A stretch of DNA of 64,000 nt from Eledone cirrhosa (GCA_964016885.1 OZ024741.1:236220001-236284000), one strand, 5' to 3'; shown: positions 1-14,843, numbered from the stretch's first letter. The notes: generated by a model from the letters alone, not told the origin. Program-made: numbers and translations.

Positions 1-590
1 ATGAAAGGTAAAGTTGATTTTGGTGGAATTTAAACTCAGAGAGCAGAGAACTGAAACAAATACTGCAAAGCATTCTACCTGATGTTCTAACAACTCTGCT
101 AATTCGCTGTCATGGTGCTTTATTATATCAACCTCCAAAGAATAAAAGACAAAGTTGTCTTTGATGAGATTTGAACCCAGAATGCAAGAAGCCTGAACAA
201 ATTTTGTCCAATACTCTAATGATGTTACCAATTCACTACCAAAACATGATGATAATAATAACAATTTCTTTATTATTTTTTTAGGTACAAGACGAACAAT
301 TTGTGGGGAGGGAAAATCAATTATATCAATCCCAATATTGGTATTTTATTATTTTATCAACCTTTGAAGGATGAAAGGGAAAGTTAATTCAGAGTGCAGA
401 CAGCAAGAACAAATACTGTAAGGCATTCTACCAATCCATGATCCTTATAATAATTTCTAATTAGCAATTTTGGTGGGAAGGAAAAGCCAATTATATCAAC
501 CCCAGCTCTTGACTGATATTTTATTTTATTTATCCAGGAAGGATGAAACGCAAAGTTGACCATAGCAGGATTTGAACTTAGGACAAAGAG
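1..590 (-). mobile_element. Cluster of degenerate OK-type tRNA-derived SINE fragments
   Basis: Repeated decayed matches to 'gatgaaaggcaaagtcaacctcggcaggatttgaactcag', the SINE core seen intact at 9741-9926. Confidence 0.6.
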
Positions 591-2658
591 ATTTAAATGA
601 ATATATATAATGAAATGCATTTTGAAGTTTTTTAAATGGCTTAGAAGAGGAGGAAGCTGGAAGCTGCATCCTTGAGACAGGTGGAAGTCCCTAGACTAGA
701 GATATGGTCTAAATACTTGCAACAAGACAGGTTTTCACACATTTTTCATCTACTAAATTTCAGACAGGGCTTTGGCTGATCTGCAGTTAAGGTAGATAAC
801 ACTTGCTGAACATTGTTATACAGGGATGGGATTGAACAGAAACCAATATAATTGTGAAGCAACATCTTTAGCTAAGCAGCCATTTGTTTGGCACTCTACT
901 CCTATAATAATGACAATAACAACATCACTAACAGAGACATAAAGTTAGTTGACATGCTTTGTAATATATCAACCCTAGTAGTTAACTGGTACCATCATTA
1001 TCATTTTACATCTGCTTTTCACATGCTAGCAGCATGAGTTGGGCAGGTTATTATGGTCCAAGGTAGTTTTTATTGAGGTGGGGGGTGGGGGACCACACCA
1101 CACTTATACATTCTATTTTTGACATCATTACTACGGCTGGATGCCCTTCCTAATACCAACACTTCCACAGAGTGTACTGGGTGCATTTTATTGTAGCATC
1201 ATTATAGAGTGGTTGTTTTGTTCCTAGATGGCAAAAAGAATCCTCTCCACACCAGTTAACTGGTATTGTATTATATTATAAATCCCCCTGGTATTGCATT
1301 ATAAACTAGTGTGACAACTACTGATTTGTGGATCCCATGGTTTGCTGGTAACATAGACCCCAGTAATATACTGGTACTGTATTATATCAACCTCAATAGT
1401 TAACTGGTACTACATTGTAGACCCCACAGTAGCTAAATAGTCCTGTATTATATTGAATATGGAAAGATGAAGTCAACTTAGGCTGAATTTGAACTCAGAA
1501 TATAAAGGGGCATAACTCAGCACAGTGTCTGCTGCTGTTCTACTGATTCTGCACCCACCCCCACCCATGCACCAATAATAATTGTTTCTACGTTTGGCAC
1601 AAGGCCAGCAATTATCCCAGTGTATTACTAATAAAGTACCAGTAATACACTGGAATAATAGAAACAATTGTTATTGGTGCACGGTGGGGGGTGGGTGGGT
1701 GCAGAATAATAATAATAATAGTCATTTGTAACACAGGCAGCACAAGAACACAGAATTTTTGTGAAGTGGAATGTAGTTAATGTAATAGACCACTGTGTTG
1801 GCTTGGGCCCTCAACATCTGATGGAGAGACAGGCACACTATGATCACAGTCTCTCAGATATCACCATGATCTCAGACAACTTGGCAGAGCCCAACCTTCT
1901 CTGGGCCTGACCACAGCCAGCTTTTTTCCACAGAGTGAGAAAGGAGGGAGTAGAGATTGAATACCAATACTTATGTATACTTTATTTTATCACCCAATAA
2001 AAGCATGAAAAGCAAAGCCGACTTCAGCAGGATAGCTCATTGAGGAGGGAGATCTGTTGTAGAGTGAACCAATAACCAAAGCCTTGACCAGCCCAGCTTT
2101 CTTTATGCATATCAAAAATTATTGAAATAGTAGCTGGTGTGATCTGAGGGAGATTTAGCTACTATCTCTTTTTAGCAGATCAAGCAGTCCTCACAGAGAC
2201 CACATCTCTCCATCTGCCCCCCCCCCCGCCCGCCCCCAATGCTTGCCTATGATGATCTCTAATGTGGGCACAAAGCACCACAAACCCCGGGGGGGGGGGG
2301 GTATTTGCTTTAACCCACATCCCGTAACAACATGAATCAAAAGAGTTGAACAGAGAAAATACATTAGTTTATAATGAAATCTAAAGACATTGATAATAAA
2401 CAATATATTACATTTATCAAAAATACATTAATCGCAACAACAAAAACAATAATGATAATAATGATAACAATAATGATAGGCTCAGCCAAATCCATATTAA
2501 TGATCAACAAATATTTGCTAATATTGAATTGTTTTTTGATAATGAGTCGTTAACAGATGAGCCTAATTAATTCCCCATTAATCAATTATGAGTAAATATT
2601 TGTTTATATCCTACATAGGAAGAGGTGGGATGGGGGCATGTGTGTATGAATGTATTTG

Positions 2659-2713
<55 letters not shown>

Positions 2714-4631
2714 CACGATGATGACTATAATTTCCTAGCACACAAAACTGAAAAGATATACACACACACACACACATATATATTTAAACATGCATACACA
2801 AATAAAAAATAAAAATGATATATACATATGTGTGTGTGTGAGTATGTGTAATATACACAAATATATATATATATATACACACACAAATATACTTTTTAGT
2901 CTTGTCTGCTATAATTCTCCCCCCCTCCCCCTCCTCTTTTCCTCACACATACACACTCATGAAGAAAATGTAGAGGAGGGGGTTAGGTCTTATGCCATTA
3001 TGGACAAGTAGTAACATGTACACACATCAATGTGTGTAAATATACACATTTCAAACAAAGAATACATACGTCAGGACTGGTGTGTAAGTTGTCTATGTGT
3101 GTGTGCTTGGATATATCAATATTACTTTTGGGTATTTCAAGAGAAATATTTCAACTATGTATATAAGTGCTAATATAAAGTAGTCACACACGTTATGCGT
3201 ATGTGGTGTGGTTCATGTGTGATTGTGCATAAATTGGAGCGCTTGTCTTATGTTTGCGTGAGTGTATAGCGCTGTATGTGTGTGTGAGGGGGTGGGAGTA
3301 TGTTGCGTGTGAATGTATAGGGCTGTCTATCACGGCGTGTATGAGGGTGTGTACCTGCGCGCGCGTGTGTGTGTGTGTGTGGTATGTAAATGTATGGAGC
3401 TGTCTATTACTGCGTGTGTGTGTGAGAGGAGTATGTGGCCTGTGAATATATTGGGCTGTCTATGTTTGTGTGAGAGGTTGTGTATATAGCGTGTGACAGC
3501 ATAGTGCTATATCACTGTCTCTCTCTATATATGTTTATATGACGTGTGAGTGTGCATAAATTGTGGAGCTAAGATGGCGTGTGTATATATATATATTTAT
3601 GTAGTGTGTGTGAAAGAGTATGTTTGTGTGCACAGTGGTATGTGTGTGTGTGAGAGTATGCACAGTGGTATGTGTGTGAGATTGTGCACAGTGGTACGTA
3701 TGATTGTGTGTGTACAGTGGTATATATATATTTGTGTGTGTGTGAGCAGTGCTGTGTGTATTTAGCTGTAAGTCTGTGTGTGTGAGTAGCGCTATATGTG
3801 TACTTAGTTGTATGTCTGTGTGTATGAGCACTGCTATATGTACTTAGTTGTGTGTGTGAGTAGTGTTATATGTGTACTTAGGTGTAGACCTGTGTGTGTG
3901 TGTATGACGTGTGAGTGTGCATAAATTGTAGTGATTTGTGTGTATGTGAAAGAAAATTGTAATGTTGACTCTATATGTGGAAATAGTAGCACTGGATCTC
4001 TCTGTATATCTTAATGTGTGTAGGTGTGGTTTGTCACTGCCTTCTGTCTATGTGCTTATGTATCAGTGTTGTATATCTATTATATATGTATGTGTGTATA
4101 TATGTATGTGTGTATATATGTGTGCGTGTCTACTCTATAGCTCCCTGATGGTGCTGCTATCTTCTAAGCACGCACGGGCCCCCTTCCCCACCACACACGT
4201 GTGTGTGCGTCACTCTGACATATACTGTAGAGTACATATACACACAGGTCTGTGTGACATGTACACTACTTAAGTAAACTGTGAGCCATGCATTTTGTCC
4301 AGTTAAACATTGAAGATAAATACACTTTTCACACACACACACACTGAATGTATATAATTATATGGTGTGTGTGTACCTGATGTGTGTTAAGTTAATGTAA
4401 GGCTATCTCTATGGACGTCAGACACAAGAGAGACAAGGATAGATAGATAGATACAGAGGGCGGGAGAAAGAAGACGATAGAGAGTATATATATACATACA
4501 TATACACACAAAAAACAACAACCCTTTCAGGCCCACGATTAAAAGTTGGGTTGTGCTCAAGTAGTGTGGGGATGGTGGGAGGAAAATAGGAAGTAAATAG
4601 TGGTAAATATAACACATACACATGTGTGTAT

Positions 4632-4664
<33 letters not shown>

Positions 4665-5128
4665 CATACATACATACAACACTCACACAACTGATACATA
4701 CATGTAAGTACACAGCACACGCAACAGACAGATACAACACACATATATGTATATATACTAGACAGGCAACACTTACACACAATATAGATAGAAAACGAAA
4801 GACGGGGAGGGAGGGAATATTGATTATGTTTGAAATATGAGACAGTAATAATAGTTGACAAGATGGTGGTGGTTGTGTTGCATCAATAGAGGTATTTTGT
4901 GTGTGTGAGATGAAGGTAAGGTAGCAGTCCTGCCACCCCACTAACACCCGAAATAGGAAGAATCGTTTGTGAATAGTCACAGCTAGGGAGTCTTATAAAG
5001 GGCTATACCTTCCTACATGTATACAGAGGGGAGGTCTGTATGCATACGCAGATGTACATATACCTTCCTATATATGTGTATGTGTATATAGATATACCTA
5101 CACACACAAAGAAATCATATATGATTGC

Positions 5129-5189
<61 letters not shown>

Positions 5190-5499
5190 CACACACACAC
5201 ACACAATCATATATGATTTCATTTTATATAAGCGACTGGATTTATAACACAAATTGAAACATGCATATGTGGCGTTAATGATATGCCCAGGAATATTTAG
5301 TGACCTTAATCAAACGAACCTGGTGATTGAAACCCTACCTACTGCTCGCAACAGCTTATTTCTTTCCTAAGTTACTGCTGGTAGAGTTTGTTTCAAGCCA
5401 GAGGTGGCGTGGGTGAGTGAAAGGTGGAGTCGAGACGAGCGGGATTTGAACTAAGAAACAGAAGGATAACACAACTAGTTGCAGTAATTTACCGAATAA

Positions 5500-5836
5500 T
5501 TGATTGGCAGAATCGACAGAGCGTCAGACAATGTGCCTTGCGGTATTTCATTACAGGCCTTTACGTTCTGAGTTCAAATTCCGCCAAGATCAACTTTACC
5601 TGTCATCCTTCCAGGGTCGATCAAATAAAGTCAAACACTGAGTGAGAGAAGAGGTTCATTTAATATTTTTATAAAAGACGGCAAGGCTCAAGGAAAGAAA
5701 TTGTTTACTGCGGACTGTTTCTTTTTGTTTTTTGCAGAATCCCTATAGTGACAAACAAAATGTTTTGCAATATTCAATTTGGGCCCTTTACGTTCTGAGT
5801 TCAAATCCTGCTGAAGTCAACTTTACCAGGGTCGAT
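5500..5836 (+). mobile_element. Two partial OK-type SINE copies
   Basis: 'ttacgttctgagttcaaattccgcc..tcaactttacc' B-box/core near 5561 and 5788. Confidence 0.7.
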
Positions 5837-5840
5837 ATGG

Positions 5841-6001
5841 AGCGTCTTCGTTTTTGCTCCTTAATTCAAATTAAAACAAGGGTTAATATTAAAAATTATG
5901 GGTTCGGAGTTAAGAAATAAGGTTATACTTAGGAGGTAGGGGTTAGGGCTAAATAAATAGCGTTTGTTTCAAACTGAAACGCGGAGTAATAATGAAGACG
6001 C
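5841..6001. mobile_element. MITE-like inverted-repeat element with internal TTAGGG-like repeats
   Basis: Ends gcgtcttc...gaagacgc and imperfect arms; interior gggttaggg motifs. Confidence 0.4.
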
Positions 6002-6329
6002 GCTGTCGATCTTAATAAACAACCCCTCCACAAAAATTACAGTGAGATCAATATTTCCATAAAACATCCTAAATGTGAATAGAATTATAATCTACCTTTT
6101 GTAGATGAATATCAACTGATACTTGGTGGACAAGAGTTGGGCTACACCTGGCGAAACGGTAATGATGTTTACTTTACGTCAGATACAGCACCACTATCTT
6201 TTGGGAAGTTAATAGAGGCCATATGCCAATCCAAAATAATTCCATACTAATAACTGATATATACATATAAACAAATATAGATAGGGAGTTGGAGAAAGAG
6301 AGATATAAGGAGACACAGAGAGAAAGATC

Positions 6330-6450
6330 GATCCCAGTACCGGACTTGCACTTTATTTATCGATCCCAAAAGGGTAAAAATTAAAGCTGACCTCGACGAA
6401 TTTTGAACACAAGCGCAGAGAGCCAGAACGAGTACTCTGCCAATTCACCT
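6330..6450 (-). mobile_element. Partial OK-type SINE
   Basis: Reverse match to the SINE core (tttatcgatccc..aaagctgacctcgacgaattttgaac). Confidence 0.6.
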
Positions 6451-7801
6451 TACACAAACAATAAAATATTTGTTCATTCAAGTTACATAAAACACCTCCG
6501 GTTAACTTTGCTATTCACTCTAAACTGATACACGCACACACAGTTATATAAATATACACATACAATTATATAGGTATCAGTAGTGGGGGTTAGTATGGAA
6601 GGGCGGTGCCTGTAGCATGGCTACAAGGCCCTTAAAACCAGTAAACTACCGAACTATGCTTCGAGACCTTTATTTTGACCGCGGTTCAGTTCAGTTCTTG
6701 TGAACTAATATATATAAAGCAATCGACACATACTGTGTAAATAAAATATATTTTATTAACAGTTTGACTTAGTCCCACATTACCTTAGGTTCCATCGGCA
6801 TAAATAATAAACATTTATATGAAACCTAAACGAGGAACTACCTTAATACAAAGTATGCTAGATCAGAGATGACATGCGGTTTAACAGCAATATCATAGAC
6901 ATATAGAGCCAACGAAGGAGACACAATGTGGTCATTTGTCTTGCTAGAAATAACAAACAAATCTTCTGAAAATCACACTCTAACGTCTTAAAAATGGGAG
7001 ACATGCAATAATACACGCACTGGTATCCAAAATTGACAATGGGCACAATCGGAGTGTCTCCGATCATAAGTCTGCTCTAACAGAACTGGCCTTGGGTTAA
7101 TCTACAACAATGCATAGAGGTATATTGATATAACGTAAACATTAATATTATTAGCTTTCAAAAACATGAAGGAAGCCGGCCGGGCTATGCGCGCCTAAAA
7201 TATAACTTGTCAAATGAAATACAGGTGATACTCCTATTACCAACCGTGGGAAAATGCCGGAAAACAGAAACTGACCCCAGTTTTGCTATCTCATTCCACA
7301 TTGATGCCATAAGTCAAGCTACAGCAAAACTTAAAACAGAAAATAACACAACTACTAATGCCCCCCCCAAACAAGGATTTTATGTTTCATATAATATAGT
7401 TTAAAACGCCCCCAAAATAGTACAAATACATGCAGGCAGATTCAAATCGTGTCGGATCATCGAATGCCGGATTTATGAGGTCCAATCAAAAATCAAAAGT
7501 CCTAAAACAAACATATTCCTTAAGTTTTTTTTTTTTTAAAGGTTTTGTAGGTATAACTAAAACTGTTATCAGGTATCCGAAATGCACTATTTGTAAACAA
7601 TACAATTCGAAAATAATAATAAAAAATAAGAACGAAAAACACCGTTTCCATCCGTTGTATCCAATCTGTGTGTGTATATATATATATAAAGAGAGAGAGA
7701 AATAAATGTATGCGTGTGCTGATGTATGTAAGCAAACATTAAATATAAAGATGATATATACAAATGATAAATAATTACACCCCCTCCTATACACACATAT
7801 G

Positions 7802-7856
<55 letters not shown>

Positions 7857-8777
7857 ATATATATATATATATACACACACAATATATACATAAAAGTACA
7901 TCTAGCAGTCAGTGCATTGTAGAGGAGGTGAAGTGGGGGTGTGGTTAGGACGTGCAGGACATGTCACACACCGACAGACAGGCGATAAAAATGTGCAGAA
8001 GAGAATATGCAAACTGAATTCTATACAATACATACATAAAAGAAGGGTTTTCATACCAAGAGGGTCCCGAAGAAAAATCTAACCAAAGACATGCGGGGTT
8101 TAGATGTAGAAGAAGAAAAAAAGCAACAAGGAAGAGCAGCAAGAGAAAACCAAAACTTACATTACCGACACAGGCAGACACACAGACAGACGGGGAACCG
8201 GTGCATGCAGAGACAGATTCCCCTGTTAAACAAAGTCCAAACACCGGGCTTTGGTCTGTAAGAAATAATTACATTTTCTAGTCCGAGAAGCCTGATCGAG
8301 TCGGTTCAAGGCGGCGATCTAGAATCATTTTGTAGGATTTTGTTTGAATAGAAGTGGAAATATCAACTGTAAAGAAGGTTTGGGATTTTCAGTGTATGGC
8401 AAAGTCGGCCCTTCTCCTCGATGCCTGCGTTTATCTCCCCGTTTGTTTACTGTAGGGTAAAAAAACAACAACCTTTAGTGGTTTTTCAAGTCACAACAGT
8501 TGGAATGAAAAGGGTAGGGGAATATACTTTATTTCCGTTGTTGACCTAAGGTTGAAAGCGTTCCAGCGTGACTATCTCGTCTCTTTTGTTTTAGACATAA
8601 TTTATCTAGGATTAGATCATTTAATATGTTCTTAATTATATAAAACAGTTGGATATGAGTTGAGAGAGATTTGGCTGTTATTTCTTTAGAAGATCGAGCG
8701 ATCTTTTTACACTGATGATGCCGACTTATTAAACTCACCAGAAGAACCTTTATGATGCGCGGGCGCGCACGCACACG

Positions 8778-8809
<32 letters not shown>

Positions 8810-8988
8810 TTTTTATAAGAATACATAAGGTCATGTGACAACTACTTTGCGTTAACGTTGACAGAAAAATGATAATTTGATATCTTCCTCTCTACCTGTC
8901 TCACAGAATTTTGATAAGATTCCAGTGGTCATGAAACAGTTATCTAAAGCTACCTAACCCCCATCTCTCTCTCTCTCTCTCTCTCTCC

Positions 8989-9069
<81 letters not shown>

Positions 9070-9123
9070 TCTATCTATCTATCTATCTATCTATCTATAG
9101 ATAGATGTGCTGTACCCCAGCAA

Positions 9124-9435
9124 GTTTTATGAAAGGTGGGTGAAAGTGGCGAGAATGGCCCGAGTGAATGGGCCTTCTCTCTATATCAGCCTGTAGGTTG
9201 AGGAAAAGGAGGAGGAGAGGAAAGGAGTACAAACTCTTCGTACTCCTGGAGATGAGGGTTGCACATTTTTTTCGGGGGTCTGTGTTACCCATATAAACTG
9301 TCTCCCTCTATTGGGGAAAATCGACTAACTTTTAAATTCCATCTGTGATAACATTTTACACGTTTTTATTGTATGTAAACTTCCCCCTTTGTATTTGTCC
9401 CCTTCTTTTGTGCCCCTGTGGCTAATAAAGAAATA
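9124..9435 (+). mobile_element. Tx1/L1-like LINE 3' end, inserted in (CT)n/(CTAT)n
   Basis: Near-identical to 61703-62013, the 3' end of the zf-RVT-coding fragment; ends with aataaa. Confidence 0.75.
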
Positions 9436-9479
9436 TATCTATCTATAGATAGATTGAGTCTCAGTCATTGATGTTATTT

Positions 9480-9673
9480 AACTGGAAAGTTTGTTGAAAT
9501 GAAGATCAAGCCGCTACCTGCAGCCTCAGATATTCAGGACGTACGGAGGGTTCTTGCTGTTCCCAGCAAGCATGCCTTTTGAAGTGTTCCAAAAAAGCAG
9601 GGCTGGACTAATTTTCTTTAACCATCCTTGGAAATTCTTTGAGATAGTACCTAGTGCGCCTATGACAACCGGG

Positions 9674-9678
<5 letters not shown>
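9480..9678 (-). mobile_element. R4/Dong-like (RLE) LINE C-terminal fragment
   Basis: Reverse translation gives IVPVVIGALGTI...LQKACLLGTARTLR (frameshifted), typical of the RLE-LINE C-terminus. Confidence 0.6.
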
Positions 9679-9708
<30 letters not shown>

Positions 9709-9740
9709 AATGTAATCTGAGTTTTTCGAATATTAATAAT

Positions 9741-9926
9741 TGTTTCTACTTTTAGGCACAAGGCCAGCAATTGCCCAGTGCATTACTGGTACTTTATTTT
9801 ATCGACCCCGTAAGGATGAAAGGCAAAGTCAACCTCGGCAGGATTTGAACTCAGATCGTAAAGGGACGTAACTATGCTGGAAAGCCTGGTGTCCGACCCT
9901 CTACCGATACTGCCAATTCACCGCCC
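9741..9926 (-). mobile_element. Full-length OK-type tRNA-derived SINE with 15-bp TSD
   Basis: A-box-like tggcagtatcgg, B-box gagttcaaatcc; TSD TCGAATATTAATAAT at 9726-9740 and 9927-9941. Confidence 0.9.
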
Positions 9927-10139
9927 TCGAATATTAATAATAACATTCGATTCGTTTGCAATTATGCAAACAAGCCTCAATTTTATAGCCATGTCAGTAG
10001 AATGAACCTTTCACTCTTGCTCTTGTATTGGCATGTGAACACTGTTGTTTCTTGGTATCACCCTTCATCAGTACAGCTCACTGTTCACTTGCCAAACTGT
10101 CAGAGCTAGTGAAAATATATGCTATTTTCAAAAATACAC

Positions 10140-10250
10140 AATGACTGATCGGCCTGATTTGCATATTAGCAGACTGACCGATCAGTCATATCTGCATATT
10201 AGCAGATCCACTGATCAGCCAGATTTGCATATCAGCAGACTGGCCAGTCA
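10140..10250. repeat. Minisatellite, ~33-bp unit, ~3.5 copies
   Basis: Repeats of tgcatattagcagactgaccgatcag. Confidence 0.7.
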
Positions 10251-10534
10251 GTTTCCTGTATACGAGCGATAAATGGCCGGCTTTGCCAAAGTCAAATAAA
10301 AAAGAAAATGTTTTCGCTATACATGGCTGAATACAATAAAGGTAATCTGAGATTTCGAATATTAATAATAACATTCGATTCGTTTGCAATTATGCAAAGA
10401 AGCCTCAATTTTATAGCTATGTCAGTAGACACCATTGAATTCTTTGTAACTGCCTCAAACAATTCGATTGGTAATCTGCTCAACTATACTGCGACTACAA
10501 CTTCGATTTATACCTATTATATACATATATACAT

Positions 10535-11480
10535 TCGCTGACGGTCCTGTGCTAGCTCCTCCACGTCTTCCAAAGTGATACCGATCCTCCTGAGATCTTC
10601 CCCGATGATATCCAGCCAGGCTACATCTGCGGTTGATTTCTGGGGTCAGGTCCCCATTACTGGTGACAGTCGAGTCCAAGTAAATAAAGGAGCTGACAAA
10701 CTCCACGGCATCGAGGCCAATATGAAGCGGAGGGGAATCCGGGCCATTGCCGACATGTCAGCTTTGTCTTCGCCCAGCATATGAGTTGATTGATCGAGTT
10801 GTTGAATAGGGTGGTGTCATCTGCGTACTCCACGTCGGTTACGTGGTAATTCTCGAAGGAAACGCCAGAAACTCGCTAACACCCCGCTGTTGATGGGGAA
10901 CCAGTCGGAGTCCTCTCCGTTCACCCGCACGCAGCTCTCGGTACTGCTATAGAGCCGCTGGAACAGGATGGTGATCTTGGGATGTGCGCCGACAAACTGG
11001 AAACATTTCCAGAGTGATGCGTGGTCGACCATGTCGAAAGCTGCCTTGGGGTCGACGAAGGCAACGTAGAGGCAGCGATCTTTACGGAACTCCCGAGATC
11101 TTTCGATAATGAGGCGGAGGGTAGACATGTGGTCAGCGGTGGATCGATTAGGCGTGAATCCGACTTGTGGGCGACGTCCGCTTCTGATGGTTGGGAGAGC
11201 ACGGTTGAGAAGGATCTTGGTGAAGACTTTGCTTGGTATGGAGAGAAGCGTGATGACCCTGTGGTTGATGCAGACGAGTTTGTCGCCCTTACGTTTCCTG
11301 AGGTGGAGGATAGTGCCTTGCGTCCAGTCATTTGGGAGCCACTCTGATACCCCCGTACATAGTTGATGATACGGGTGAGCCTCTAGATCATATTATCTCC
11401 ACCCGCCTTCAATATCGCTGCGATGATAGTGCAGATTCCAGGGGCTTTGTGGTTTATTTTTAGCTTTTTCAGGGCGGCTC
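10535..11480 (-). pseudogene. RTE-like LINE reverse transcriptase fragment (frameshifted)
   Basis: LYVAFVDPKAAFDMVDHASLWK, DVEYADD and FIYLDS motifs. Confidence 0.85.
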
Positions 11481-11535
11481 TGCATTTCTGTATATACATC
11501 TAGTTACTTGTCTGACTATCAATATATATATATAG

Positions 11536-11872
11536 GGTAAAGACCTCCTTCGGTCACAAATGACCATGGGATTTTCACCTAGAAAGTTCCCCTCCGAAGC
11601 ATAAGTCGGGAGAAGGTTGTTTTTGGAAGACCAGCAGTCGCCCATGCATACCTGTCTCCCCTCTCCACACTACTGATGTTGCCCAAAGAAAAGGCAATGA
11701 GCGATACAGCTTGGCACCAATGATGTCGCAACTCATTTCTACACCTGAGTGAAGTGGATCAATAAAGTGATCTAAAGTGTCTTGCTCAAGAACCCAACGC
11801 AAAGCCCGGTCCGAGAATCGAACTCACAACTTCAGGATTGTAAGCCCAACGCTCTAACCACTAAGCCTTCGC
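11536..11872 (-). mobile_element. Second tRNA-derived SINE family
   Basis: Head ggcttagtggttagagcg...gttcgattc (A/B boxes) followed by cttgagcaagacactt core; partial copy at 35450-35710 (+). Confidence 0.8.
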
Positions 11873-12473
11873 GTACACACACACACACGCACACACTCGC
11901 ACACACACACACACGCACACGCACACACACACACACACACTCGTACACGCACACGCACACACACACACGCACACACACTGACATCAAAACATCCTGGCAG
12001 TTATGTGATAATACTTTTATTAGTATATGCTCGAACCACACTACATCACGATTCGTGAACAATTCGTGAAATATAGGCTCGAAAAACTCCCATAAAAACT
12101 CTCATAAAAAGACGAACTAAATGCATATTGCCAACAGTGACATCCCCATTTGACAGCTATGGTATCGCTCGAATCCAAAAATTATAATCTTCGGAATTTC
12201 ATGAAGAGTATCATCAATAACTTAAGTGTAGTTGGGGAAGATTTGAGGCCATTGAGAAAAGTGTTTTTCTTATTTGCTTTCATCAATCACTGATAATAAA
12301 ACCAAAACCAGTAGCAGACTGGGTCCTGAAACTGGATGACATTAACTAACAGTCTGCTAAGGGACAGAAGCCTGTGTTTTCTCTGCCCAGCCAAGGCACG
12401 TTCATTTTCGTTTCAAACTTTGTTCAGCGGCTATGACTTAAGTTTTTCGTGACACCTTTTTAAAGCCTGTAAG

Positions 12474-12763
12474 CAGGGTTGGATTTAGACTTTGGGGGGC
12501 TCGGGACACATCAGATTTGGGAGCCCCCCCCCCCCCCCCCCTCACACACACACACCATTTCAAATATCAAATTACCTTGGCTCAAGTAATTGGAATTGAA
12601 AAGTCATGTATACAGGTATTAAATTAAAAAATGCTAACCATTCTAAAACTAAAAAGCTCTTCTGAGGGTACAAATAAATTGCTACGGCCGTCGCTGGTGG
12701 GGGCCTCCACTGCAGGGGGTTCGGGGCAATTGCCTCTTTTGCACCCCATTTAATCCGGCCCTG
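12474..12763. mobile_element. hAT-type MITE
   Basis: TIRs cagggttggattt / aatccggccctg; near-perfect 8-bp TSD cctgtaag / tctgtaag. Confidence 0.75.
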
Positions 12764-12989
12764 TCTGTAAGGCCTGTTTATCTCTAGCCCAAACAAGAAG
12801 AAATACTGCTCCGTTTCAGTGATTCCAGTGGACAGTATCTGTGAAATAAACCTGTAACACACCCTCTCTAAGAAAAGTTCCAGCGATATCATAGCAACAA
12901 TGGGCTCCGATTGATTCCTCGGGAGTGTCCTGGAGAAGTGTCGCATCAACTTCCATCCACTCAAGCTAATCTCTAGATGAACTCACTTG

Positions 12990-13830
12990 ACGCAGGCTAT
13001 ATCCCTGAACATTTTCTATCCCAGCCTGTCGCCCTAGTTTTCAAAAAACGAAACAAGTTCATTACACGTCTCACTTACCTCTCATATCATCAAATTATGT
13101 GAGAGGTGAGATCATGTATAACTCACTTCCTTGAACGTAACAATTTCTTTAATTCCAACCAGGGTGGGTTCTGCGATGGTTGGGATTGCTGAACACAGGG
13201 TTTACACCACTTTGATGACATTCTAAAGGCTTTGGGAGAAGGCTTCAACAGATATGTCATATACTCTGGCTTCAGCAAGGCATTTGACAGAGTCAATCAC
13301 GGCATCGTGTTGAAAAAAACTATCCGACATTGGAGTCAGTAGGAAGCTACTACTGTGGATTAAATGTTTCCTGGTGAACACAACCCAACATGTTGTGATC
13401 AAAGTAGTACGACCAAGCTCAGCAAAAGTCATAAATGTTGCCCCATATGTGTTGAACCCACTTATTTTCATTATTTACATTAATTACTTTATAGACGCCA
13501 TCGAGTAATAGCAAAATAAGAATCTTCGCAGATGAATCCAAGCTCCAGAAAGCTATTAACAGAGTAAGTGACGGGTCATACAATTAATCCGATTTACACA
13601 ATGCTATTTAGTGAGTTAAAAAAAAAAAAGAGAGAGAGATAGAACAAAAACAATATGCTATTAAACCAGGAAAACTTTGAGCTAATCCACTTTGGAAAAG
13701 AAAATGCATTTAAACACCCACATTCTCTTCCCTTGGAAGAAATCCTTGAGGCATCAACTAACACTAGAGACCTCCGTCCGTATAACTGCCGTTAACGATT
13801 TAAACTGCAGTGCCCACATCAACAATAAGA
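12990..13830 (+). pseudogene. Degenerate CR1/Jockey-like LINE RT fragment
   Basis: Remnants LTSHIIKLCER, FSKAFDRVNHG and IFADES with stops/frameshifts. Confidence 0.7.
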
Positions 13831-13900
13831 TTTATATGGCCTGCAGCCTATCGAAGTTATATGCACACATACACACACACAATATATATACATTTATATA

Positions 13901-14197
13901 CAGGGGCGGTGGAACTAGGGGGGGGGGGGGGAGGGAGAGAAAAATATAACTATTGGGGGAGAGGGGCGTAGCCCCTCTCCCCCAATAATTATATTTTTCT
14001 CCCCAAACTACCCCCAAAACACATCTATTTGTATACACGCTACAGTTTATGTACATGTTATGTGTTTATCGTATATCGAAGTTTTTTTTATATCTTGGTT
14101 GATATTTGATAAAAGCAGCTAAAAATCGCTACAACTAAATTGACCAAATTTGCCCCCCCCCCCTCTCCCCAATTCAGAAATGCTTCCACGACCCCTG
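13901..14197. mobile_element. MITE with CAGGGG TIRs
   Basis: caggggcggtggaa ... ttccacgacccctg; related partial copy at 27480-27569. Confidence 0.65.
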
Positions 14198-14237
<40 letters not shown>

Positions 14238-14783
14238 GGGGGGGTAGAACACTGGAAGGTAATATCCGTAGTGGTAGAGCACTCAGTCTATGGGACGAGT
14301 TTGGTAGAAGTAGTAACACAACAGTTAGTTCACCATACAGAAAGCTTCCTGTTCCGTATAACCATGACCAGTCCGAGCTGAAGATCCGCATAAGGTGAAA
14401 CAATTGTTCTCGGTTTGGTGAACTAACTGTTGTGTTACTACTTATATATATCGGATTTCGGAATGGAAGATTCTTAGCGTAGATTTTAAAGTTATTTAGA
14501 TAAAACATTACAGGGGACAGAGTGGCTCAGTGGGAGAGTGCGCGACTCGTGGCCGCAAGGTCGCGAGTTTGCGACGTGCGTTTGGGTTAACTGTTGGCCT
14601 GGGTTAACTGTTGGTCTGGGTTAACTGTTGGTCGTTTCCGGTCAAGCTTGGCGCCAAACGCGAGCTTTGGTGCGCAGACGACATCCTGGAAGAAATGTTC
14701 GGTTTCCGGAATTTAGATACATAATAGGATGCAGTCACGAGCAGAAACCGTAGGAGGTCACGGCTCTCGGTCGAATATTTTCT

Positions 14784-14840
<57 letters not shown>

Positions 14841-14843
14841 ACA

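Noticed and set aside
6750-6812. Degenerate minus-strand hammerhead (CCGATGG...CAAACTGTT)
   Set aside because: Too many core deviations to support
7918-8839. Solo LTR (TGT...ACA)
   Set aside because: No TSD, no second copy, no PBS/PPT seen
14512-14580. tRNA gene
   Set aside because: Only A-box and anticodon-like part; no complete T-arm or acceptor stem; probably a SINE head remnant (similar case at 21699-21760)
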